23,441 bases of DNA from Folioceros fuciformis (taxonomy: Eukaryota): the NCBI GenBank assembly GCA_049999805.1, contig JBNGIO010006119.1, positions 102,770-126,210 of the forward strand. The letters are read 5' to 3'. Under the pieces are notes generated by a model, which worked only from the letters and a program-made list of their open reading frames with translations, ran no database searches and had not been told where the DNA came from. This document shows positions 15,790 through 23,441 of the stretch, in pieces. Both the position numbers and the translations under genes were made by a program. Position 1 is the stretch's first letter, and the number at the start of each line of letters is the position of its first letter.

Positions 15790-18414
15790 ATGTGTTTGTT
15801 GGGTCGCAGTGCACAAGTCATATCTCCAGGGGCAGACAAAATATGCAAGGGGGGACATCCGGACAAAGACCTGGTTGCGTGGCAGGGGAGTGCGCAACAG
15901 GTGCTCTCGTATCGGAAGGTCCTGCAGGAGTGCATGAGAAACAAAGACCTTGCTGTGGCTAAGCGGGTGCATGCAGACATAGCGACGAATGGGTTGGAGT
16001 CGCACAGGATATTGGGCGAACTTGTGGTTACAACTCTCGTCAAGTGTGGAAGCCTAGAAGATGGGCTGGATGTCTTTCAGAGATTGCCCCACCGAACTGT
16101 GTTCTCCTGGACAGCTATCATTGCAGGGTACAGCAATGCTGGGCAGTGGCACGAGGCACTCTCCTGCTACGACCAAATGGTGCGGGAAGGTGTGCAGATT
16201 GACAAATATACAGCTGTCAGCTTACTCAAAGCTTGCAGTAGGTTGGAGGATCTGGAGAAGGGTAAGAGGATTCATGCTGAGGTTCTTAGACGAGGGTTAG
16301 AAGCGGACACCTATGTTGGGAGCACCCTAGTGAGTATGTATGCAAAGTGTGGGAGCATTGTGACCGCGCAGCTAGTGTTTGATACACTCTCCAAACCGGA
16401 TGCTGTGTCGTGGAATGCCATGCTAGCAGCATATGCACAGCAGGAGCAAGGTGAAAAAACGTTGCAGACATTTGAGCAAATGCTAGAGCAAGGGGTTTTG
16501 CCAGATGCAAGGACCTTCGTCAGCGTTCTCCAGGCATGTGGTGGGGTTGCAGAGAAGGAGGAAAAGGCCTTTGTGGATGGGCAAAGAGTGAAAGTGGAGT
16601 CACTGCAGGTGGGTAAAGGACTACATGCTGCTGCAGCTTCAAGAGGCTTTGAATCGGATTTGTTTGTCGGGAACAGTCTGGTTACCATGTATGCAAAATG
16701 TGGGAGCATCATGGACGTGGAACAGGTGTTTCGTCGATTGTCGGAGCGGGATGTGGTCTCGTGGAATGCCATGATTGCAGCTTACGCTGAACAGGATGAA
16801 GGCGAAAAGGCGCTGCACATTTTCAGGAAAATGCAGGAGCAGGGCATCAAGCCAGATGCACGGACCTTTGTGAGCTCTCTCCAAGCCTGTGGCGCCCTTG
16901 CCGAAAAGGAGGAGGGAACCACACTTGCGGATGGACATAATGTCAAGCTGGCGTCTTTATGGTATGTGCATCAGATTCATGCTGAAGCCGCTTCAGGAAG
17001 GTTTCTATCAAACAGCTTCGTTGCTAGTACTTTAGTCAGCTTGTATGCTAAGTGTGGAAGAATCAAGGATGCCAAGCAGGTGTTCGATGGACTGTCGTAT
17101 CGGAATGTAGTATCCTGGAATGCCATGCTGGCAGCATATGCTCAACAGGGCCAAGGAGAACTGGCGCTGCAACTGTACGACAAAATGCTAGGCAAAGGGA
17201 TCAGGCCAAATCCCCGAACTTTTGTCAGCTGTCTTCAAGCGTGTGGATCCGTTGCTGAACAGGAGGACACCGAATCCCTGCAAGGACAAGCGAGCAAAGA
17301 GAGTATGTTGCAGAAGGGTAAGAAACTACATGCAGATGCTGCCACGGCGGGGTTCGGATCTGATGTCTTCGTCGGTAACACCTTGGTTAGTATGTATGCA
17401 AAGTGCGGCAGCATCAAGGAGGCTCAGCGCTTGTTTGATCAGCTGACATGCCGAGACGTTGTGTCATGGAACGCCATGATAGCAGCTTATGCTCACCACG
17501 AGCAAGGAGAACAGGCTTTGCAAATCTTCGCTGAGATGCAGAAACAAGGTGTGAAATCAGACGAAGCAACTTTCCTTTCAGCCCTGGAGGCCTGCAGCAG
17601 TACAGGAGCATTAGCCATGTGTGTGCTCGTGCACCGGCATATGATGGCGAGTGGCGTCCGGTGCAGTCTTCCGCTGGCAACTAGTCTGATCCACGCATAC
17701 GGCAAGTGCGGGAATATGGGGGATGCGCAAACCGTGTTCGAGTCCCTGCCGCAGCCGGATGTGGTGACCTGGAATGCGCTGATTGCAGGGTACGCACGCC
17801 AAGGCCGTTGTGAGATGACCGCCCATTGTTTTGAGCAGATGTGTCTGGCAGGCTTGAGGCCGAACAGCGTCACGTTCCTGGCGCTCCTGTCAGCGTGTAG
17901 TCATGGTGGCATGGTTGACGAAGGGGTGGAGTACTTCGAGAGCATGACTAGAGATTACGGAGTGGGTGCCGAGGTGGAGCACTATGTCTGCATGATCGAC
18001 CTCTTCGGTCGTGCAGGACTGTTCAGGCGGGTCGAAGGGCTGCTAGGAGGCATGCCGATCCAGCCCAACCTGTCCCTGTGGTTGTGTCTCTTGGGTGCCT
18101 GTCGTAAGCACGGCAACGTAGAGCTTGGAAGACATGCGTTCGAGCAGGCGGTGTGTTTAGACCCAAAGCAGGCTTCGGCCTACGTGCTGATGTCGAACAT
18201 ATATGCAATGGCTGGAGAGTTGGATTCTGCAAGTGAGATAGATGGGCTGAGACTCAAGGCCCGTGCATGGAAGCCTCCAGGCCAGAGTTGGATAGAGCAT
18301 GAGCAACAGGTTCATAAATTCATGGCTGGGGACCAAAGGCATCGGCAGGAGGCGATGCTCTGTAAGGCACTTCAAGAGCTATGTTCAGGAGTGTTGGATG
18401 CAGAGACCTATTGA
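15790..18414 (+). CDS. PLS-class pentatricopeptide repeat protein, E+ subgroup (organellar RNA-editing specificity factor), intronless
   Basis: 20 PPR motifs in P-L-S triplets (e.g. 'VVSWNAMIAAYA', 'VGNTLVSMYAKCG') ending in P2-L2-S2. These are followed by E1, E2 ('AYVLMSNIYA') and a PG box 'PPGQSWIE'. The stop comes before any HxE/CxxC deaminase motif. First in-frame ATG is at 15790. Confidence 0.95.
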   Translation: MCLLGRSAQVISPGADKICKGGHPDKDLVAWQGSAQQVLSYRKVLQECMRNKDLAVAKRVHADIATNGLESHRILGELVVTTLVKCGSLEDGLDVFQRLPHRTVFSWTAIIAGYSNAGQWHEALSCYDQMVREGVQIDKYTAVSLLKACSRLEDLEKGKRIHAEVLRRGLEADTYVGSTLVSMYAKCGSIVTAQLVFDTLSKPDAVSWNAMLAAYAQQEQGEKTLQTFEQMLEQGVLPDARTFVSVLQACGGVAEKEEKAFVDGQRVKVESLQVGKGLHAAAASRGFESDLFVGNSLVTMYAKCGSIMDVEQVFRRLSERDVVSWNAMIAAYAEQDEGEKALHIFRKMQEQGIKPDARTFVSSLQACGALAEKEEGTTLADGHNVKLASLWYVHQIHAEAASGRFLSNSFVASTLVSLYAKCGRIKDAKQVFDGLSYRNVVSWNAMLAAYAQQGQGELALQLYDKMLGKGIRPNPRTFVSCLQACGSVAEQEDTESLQGQASKESMLQKGKKLHADAATAGFGSDVFVGNTLVSMYAKCGSIKEAQRLFDQLTCRDVVSWNAMIAAYAHHEQGEQALQIFAEMQKQGVKSDEATFLSALEACSSTGALAMCVLVHRHMMASGVRCSLPLATSLIHAYGKCGNMGDAQTVFESLPQPDVVTWNALIAGYARQGRCEMTAHCFEQMCLAGLRPNSVTFLALLSACSHGGMVDEGVEYFESMTRDYGVGAEVEHYVCMIDLFGRAGLFRRVEGLLGGMPIQPNLSLWLCLLGACRKHGNVELGRHAFEQAVCLDPKQASAYVLMSNIYAMAGELDSASEIDGLRLKARAWKPPGQSWIEHEQQVHKFMAGDQRHRQEAMLCKALQELCSGVLDAETY

Positions 18415-18452
18415 CCCAGGCAGATGGTCTCACTGCGGGCGTAAGGAAATTG

Positions 18453-20514
18453 TTATCTTGTATTGCTGCTCGTCGGCTCTGCATCGTTGTTGATGTATCG
18501 CTTTACAAGTGCAAAGTTACCCAGCCGTGGCTGGGCGGGCTGCGCTGGATCTAAGCCCTCTTGCCAGACCTGGCCCACAACAACCCCGGGCCCGACAGCC
18601 CTCACATAGTCGAAGTACGCGTCACCGAAAGGCCCTAGATGTTTGGCTGCATCATGAAATTGACTCATCAACCGTGAGCCACGACCTTGGTACCTGTGAT
18701 TCTTTCACTTTCAAAAGAAACAAAAAAGCAAGAGGAGATACCTGGAGCTGGGAAGCCGTGGGGCAGGGTCCCCTTCAGATGTAGTTGCCCGGAGCCATAA
18801 TCAAACGCAATATCGCAGGGCTCATCCGTGGCCTTCACATTGCTCGCTCTCTTGACTTCAAAGTACAGCGGAGCGATACGGCTTACTGCATGCTTCAACA
18901 GCCCTCCTGCACAACTCAGCTTTAGTGAGCAACACCCAAAAATCAGAGAAATGGTTACAGTTAAGATAAATGGAAAACCTGCAATTGTCCTTCCGTACAG
19001 CCTCCCATCCTCGCCCTTGAAGAAGACCTGTGAAAGGAGTCAAGGAAAGGGACTCAATGGAAGTGTGGTCCATCACAAGTAACGGAAACACGCAAGCGGA
19101 ACAGACGGAAGAGCTCACCTTCTGGAACCTGCTGCACCAGCCAATGGCCCAAGGTACTTTGAATTCAAAACACCGCCCACACAACAGCAAGGTTTCAGGA
19201 ATGCAAAATTGATGCAGCCCAAGGATGCTACTTCCTTGAAGTCCATGAATTTGACGACAGCTCTTACCTCCATTGACTTGTCCATCCCAGTACACAGGCA
19301 TACCGCGATCCATGGTTGCAAACATGCTGAATGGATCTTCTGCAGCAAGGTTGTCATCCTCATATCTCAAGCCAGCTAGCTCCCACATTTTGTCAATGTG
19401 CCTGGACCAAGATGTTTCACAACCTAAGGAATGAACAATAACATCAAAAGATTACGTCTGTACTAACGTGCAAGCTCAAACAAGTGAACAGGTTGCTCCA
19501 TCAAGCCTCACTTAGGCTGAAGTATTTCGATCAAACGATGCCTTCTCTCCTCTGGAATATCTCCAATCTTTTTCCTGCGGTCAAGTACTGAGCACAACTG
19601 GGAGATGTGAAGCATGGGAGAAAGAATCCGGACGCTCATGGAGGAACCCGCACCAAATAAATGCTGCATGGTTGTAAGTTGACCGATTCATTGGACGCAA
19701 GAAAGGGTGTGGATCCAGCAAGTCCAAAATGTCGAGCTCATCAAGGTACACTTTGCCACCACCTTCGAGCTCACGGTATGGATCGTCGCCTTCGTGTGCC
19801 TTCCCGAACCTCTTTTCCGACTTGCTTAACTCTCCTCCGGGACTTCCCGCATAACGCCCGCCCTCCTCCGTTCTTGCCGATGATACATCAGAGAAACGTG
19901 GAGACCAGCCTCCCACACCACCAGGCCTTCTGCTAGAATAAATATCACCATTTCCAGTAGGACCTGCTTGTTGGTCACCTCTCCCTACCATTACATGTGC
20001 ACAAAATTAACGGACAAGCAAATCGAACACACCTATCTTGCATGAACCTGTGGCTTTTGCACTCTATCCAGAGAAGGAAAATTTCGTGGAGGAGCTCTGA
20101 CACGTACCTCTGCCAGGCTTTCCATTAGAAACACCCTTGCAGCTTATGGAACAGGTGTTCCAAGGTCTTCGTAGGCGNNNNNNNNNNNNNNNNNNNNNNN
20201 NNNNNNNNNNNNNNNNNNNNNNNNNNNNNNNNNNNNNNNNNNNNNNNNNNNNNNNNNNNNNNNNNNNNNNNNNNNNNCTTCGTAGGCGCTGGGAATCAGC
20301 TGCGAGGAACAGCAGTACGTCAGCTAACTAACAAGGGGCCGAATGTTCCCGTGGGGTTCGCAACGAGGAAAAACTAGTAACCTGGATTGTTGATCCGGCC
20401 TCGCGAGCCAAACCGTGGCAAAGCTGGAGAAGCCGCATCTTGGTGCGCAACACAGGCGGACGGTGGGTATGCTTGGCGAACTGTGGGTGGAGCAGCTCCA
20501 GCCGTAATTCCCAT
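18453..20514 (-). CDS. Conserved plant protein of unknown function, probably plastid-targeted (~395 aa; exons 20514-20382, 20299-20108 across the gap, 19984-19654, 19574-19512, 19401-19268, 19156-19119, 19027-18979, 18906-18742, 18646-18453)
   Basis: Nine exons with GT-AG introns and consistent phases. Motifs 'EGGGKVYLDE', 'WKKIGDIPEERRHRL', 'PLYFEV', 'EPCDIA' and 'VRAVGPGVVVGQVWQEG' resemble an uncharacterised protein family I recall from seed plants. The first two exons are less certain than the rest. Confidence 0.8.
20178..20277. other. Assembly gap of 100 N, flanked on both sides by an identical 11-mer CTTCGTAGGCG
   Basis: Directly visible. The 11-mer lies at 20167-20177 and 20278-20288. 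Confidence 0.97.
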
Positions 20515-20740
20515 GTCCGCTGTGTATGATTTTCTCGAATACCAGGGTGCACAAAGAAGATGTCAGGGGTTTAGGGTTGTAGAACGTCGGACAGTTCTGT
20601 ACAAACGTTTAGAGTTCGTAAGGAATTCGGCAGAAAAGGATGCGGTTGTCCATGGACGATGTCGGGTGTCAGCAGCCCCCCATCCAAGATTGTGAGTGTG
20701 GCAGGAAGTCGTCATCACACAGCCTGCTCTTACAGCCAGG
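20515..20740. promoter_or_regulatory. Putative compact bidirectional promoter region with a telomere-like/telo-box motif (GGGGTTTAGGGTT, 20566-20578)
   Basis: Divergent ATGs at 20514 (-) and 20741 (+) are only 226 bp apart, with a TTTAGGG motif between them. Confidence 0.5.
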
Positions 20741-22951
20741 ATGAACTCATCGTCCTTGCTGCCACAGTATCGGATTATTGGTAGAAGTGGAGTGGGATGG
20801 AAATGCAGGGGGTTCATCCAGCAATTCTATGGTTTTGGGTACGGTTCGAGGCAGGTCTCCACGACGTCATGGAGCTGGGGCGGCGGGCCAAGATACGTGG
20901 ATACCGATGTGCATCTGCAGCTAAAGTCTGGAGTTTACAGAGTTCTAAAGCATGCAAATCTTGTGCCCCAAAGTTTGCAGACCTATCGCAGCACACCCGT
21001 AATGAGCAAGAGCAAGGTAGGAATGGCGAGGCATTTGATAATGGGGCCACATTTGGCTTGTGATGCGGATGAGAAGAGAGCAATGGGCAGGGATGAAATG
21101 ATTGCGTGGATATCGAGTAAGTTGAAGCAGGAGACATGTAGTTCTCGTTTGGTAGAGGCATTGAATGAGGTGAAGGGAAGGATGACGCCAGTCGTGGTGG
21201 CAGAAGTGCTGAGGGAGCAACAGCAGGTCGAAACTGCCTTGACCTTCTTGCGGTGGGCTGAATCGACAGTGAATTCGCTGCTCAGCTGCTCAGCTTACAG
21301 TGCGTTGGTGAAACTGGTCTGCAGATCTCGGAAGTTTGAGGAGGTGTCAAGCATCCTGGTCAAAATGCACAAGAGGGGCTGCAACTTGAGTTCCACATTC
21401 ACTACCCTCATCATCGGGTATGGCAAGGCCAAGATGTTTAGAGAGGCCGTTGAGATTCTGGATTGCATGCCTATCTACGGCTGCCCTCCGAATGTGATCA
21501 GCTTCAACAGCCTGATCAACGTACTAGCGGAGTCGGGTGAGCATACGACGTGCCTGATGATTTTCCAGCGGATGCTGGAAGTGGAATGCTCACCTGACTC
21601 CTACACCTACACCTGCATGATGAACAGCTTTGCGAAACAGGGGAAAATGGATGAAGCTTGCAAGCTTTTCGATGAGATGAAAGAGAAGGGTTGGACTCCT
21701 AGTGTGCTCACGTACAGTGCTCTGGTGGACGGCTTCATCAAGGTGGGTCAAGTGGGTGGGGCTTGGCTGCAGTTCGAGGAGATGAAGAACAAGGGGATGC
21801 TACCCACTGCATACAGCTACGGTGTCCTCCTGAGTGCCCTACGCAAGGGCAAGCACATGGATCATGCAAGCGAACTGTTCGAGGAGATGAAGCAGCATGG
21901 GATAGCAAACGTGTTTGCGTTCAACGTGATGATGGATGGATATGGCAAGGTGGGCGAAGCAGACAAGGCACATAAGCTGTTCAAGGAGATGAAGGCCCAG
22001 AACATCAAGCCAGACGAATGCAGCTACCACACTATGATAAGCGCGCTAGCGAAGGCACGCCGGATGGAACTCGCAGGCAGGTACTTCGACAAGCTGAAGC
22101 AAGTGCGGAAGGTTCCCAACGTCATAGCGTACAACAGCATGATGGATGGCTACTTCAAGGAACCGGGGCAAGCAGACAAGGCATTGAGGTACTGGGAGGA
22201 GATGAAGGAGCAGGGGGTGGCCCCGGATTCCATCACCTACAACATCCTCATCGACGGCTTCGACAGGGCGGGACGACGACACGACGCGTACGCAGTGTTC
22301 AAGGAGATGAAGGAGAAGGGCATGGAACTGAGCGCAACGGTGTACAACATCCTCATCGACTCCTACGGCAAGGAAGGGGAGATCACGGACGCCCTGGAGC
22401 TGTTGGAGGAGATGAAGGAGAAGGGCATCATGCCGGACCTCATCACCTACAACACCATCATCGACGCATGTGGCAAGGCATGGAGGATGAACCACGCCTT
22501 GCAGTTCCTGACGGAGATGAAGGCAGCAGGCATCCAGCCGGACGTGGTGACATACAGTGCCCTAATCGACGCCCTGGGCAAGACAGGACGCACCCACATC
22601 GCCCGCAAGCTGTTCAAGGAGATGAAGGAGAGCGGCATCGAGGGCAACCTCATAGCGTACAACGCGTACATCGACGCCCTGGGCAGCGCAGGGCACGCAG
22701 GGGAGGCATGCCTCGTCTTCCAGGAGATGAAGCGGAACGGCGTCACCCCGGACGTATTCACATACACCACCCTCATGAACTGGCTGGAGCAAGCGGGGGA
22801 AAAGGTGCTCATGTGCCGCCTGTTCGAGGATATGGAGCAGTCCAGGTGCTGCCCTGACTACCTGACGTACGAGGTGCTGGGGCGCGGCAACGTGAAGAAG
22901 GCCCCCCAGCTGTTCGAGCCCAGAGCCACCATCCGTAGGAAAGCAGGGTAG
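20741..22951 (+). CDS. P-class pentatricopeptide repeat protein (~15 tandem P motifs, 736 aa), probably mitochondrial, intronless
   Basis: Tandem 35-aa repeats (e.g. 'LITYNTIIDACGKAWRMNHALQFLTEMKAAGIQPD'), preceded by the typical 'TPVVVAEVL...ALTFLRWA' helix and an Arg/Ser/Gly-rich N-terminus. No E/DYW/SMR domain. Confidence 0.95.
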   Translation: MNSSSLLPQYRIIGRSGVGWKCRGFIQQFYGFGYGSRQVSTTSWSWGGGPRYVDTDVHLQLKSGVYRVLKHANLVPQSLQTYRSTPVMSKSKVGMARHLIMGPHLACDADEKRAMGRDEMIAWISSKLKQETCSSRLVEALNEVKGRMTPVVVAEVLREQQQVETALTFLRWAESTVNSLLSCSAYSALVKLVCRSRKFEEVSSILVKMHKRGCNLSSTFTTLIIGYGKAKMFREAVEILDCMPIYGCPPNVISFNSLINVLAESGEHTTCLMIFQRMLEVECSPDSYTYTCMMNSFAKQGKMDEACKLFDEMKEKGWTPSVLTYSALVDGFIKVGQVGGAWLQFEEMKNKGMLPTAYSYGVLLSALRKGKHMDHASELFEEMKQHGIANVFAFNVMMDGYGKVGEADKAHKLFKEMKAQNIKPDECSYHTMISALAKARRMELAGRYFDKLKQVRKVPNVIAYNSMMDGYFKEPGQADKALRYWEEMKEQGVAPDSITYNILIDGFDRAGRRHDAYAVFKEMKEKGMELSATVYNILIDSYGKEGEITDALELLEEMKEKGIMPDLITYNTIIDACGKAWRMNHALQFLTEMKAAGIQPDVVTYSALIDALGKTGRTHIARKLFKEMKESGIEGNLIAYNAYIDALGSAGHAGEACLVFQEMKRNGVTPDVFTYTTLMNWLEQAGEKVLMCRLFEDMEQSRCCPDYLTYEVLGRGNVKKAPQLFEPRATIRRKAG

Positions 22952-23007
22952 CAAGTGGTGCCGCGGGCAAGACGGCCCTGTCGATTCCCGTTCACAGCAC
23001 TAAGGTA

Positions 23008-23186
23008 AAGGCAAGGCAGGCAAGGCAAGATGACGTATGCGGAAGTGGGTGGAAAGGGTGAGTGGTCTGCGTCGCTGTGGGATGTGTTGTGTGTGTGAAG
23101 TGGATGATGGAGGTGATGGTACGTACAGCAGGGGTTGATCGATGTGATGCGCAGGGCAGGGAAGGGCAGGGCAGGGAGGAGCAGGG
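23008..23186 (+). repeat. Degenerate purine-rich pentamer microsatellites (AGGCA / GGGCA units) downstream of the P-class PPR
   Basis: 'aaggcaaggcaggcaaggcaag' at ~23008-23029 and 'gcagggcagggaagggcagggcagggaggagcaggg' at 23151-23186. Confidence 0.6.
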
Positions 23187-23441
23187 TCTACCCACCTTCC
23201 CTCAGCCGGGATCCGTGTGAGGAGCGGTGACAATTGTAAATAGTGAGAGCGAGTGGCGGGAGGGAGACACGCTACTGTTCTCGTTTTTTGTAAGATGCGA
23301 AACTTTGTCCGCGCGATGTGTTCATATATGAATGAATGGAATTGTGAAGGGAAGGGAACAGCAATGGAATCGTCGATACACGAAGGGGATGAGGCGAACG
23401 AATGGAGTGGGAGGAATGAAGTGGTGGCCACCGTTTTGATT

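Noticed and set aside
20167..20288. 11-bp direct repeat as a transposon target-site duplication
   Set aside because: The filler is exactly 100 N (a placeholder length), and collapsing it restores an in-frame exon, so contig overlap is the simpler explanation.
22018..22954. 279-aa alternative-frame ORF and several antisense ORFs inside the P-class PPR
   Set aside because: Explained by the scarcity of T at third codon positions. The translations are low-complexity, as expected for shadow frames.
23000..23431. 143-aa minus-strand ORF
   Set aside because: It has a GTG start and runs through microsatellite sequence (PALPCPA). There is no evidence of coding function.

Overview
Eukaryotic, gene-dense nuclear DNA from a non-seed land plant, most likely a hornwort. 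That assignment is inferred from the ~100-nt introns, nine genes in 23 kb, and a PLS-PPR with extended 'LL' motifs. I hand-spliced the genes from the ORF track and splice signals. In order they are: the 3' end of a SPRY-like gene (+); intronless organellar (mitochondrial-type) ribosomal protein bL12 (-); Lhcb3 (-, 3 exons); a YeeZ-like NAD(P)-binding epimerase (-, 8 exons, two GC-AG introns); a 21-exon FAN/NSMAF-type PH-BEACH-WD40 gene (-); TIC56 (+, 5 exons); an intronless PLS-E+ PPR RNA-editing factor (+); a conserved 9-exon plant gene of unknown function (-) that spans a 100-N gap; and an intronless P-class PPR (+). I found no RNA genes, transposons or CRISPR arrays and cannot support a wholly new multi-gene system. 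The most notable items are the animal-like FAN ortholog, the LL-motif editing factor with a predictable target, and a gap that closes via an 11-bp overlap and restores an exon. Also notable are two GC donors in one gene and an unknown gene with a possible bacterial-type beta-barrel domain. Family assignments rest on recalled motifs, not database searches.
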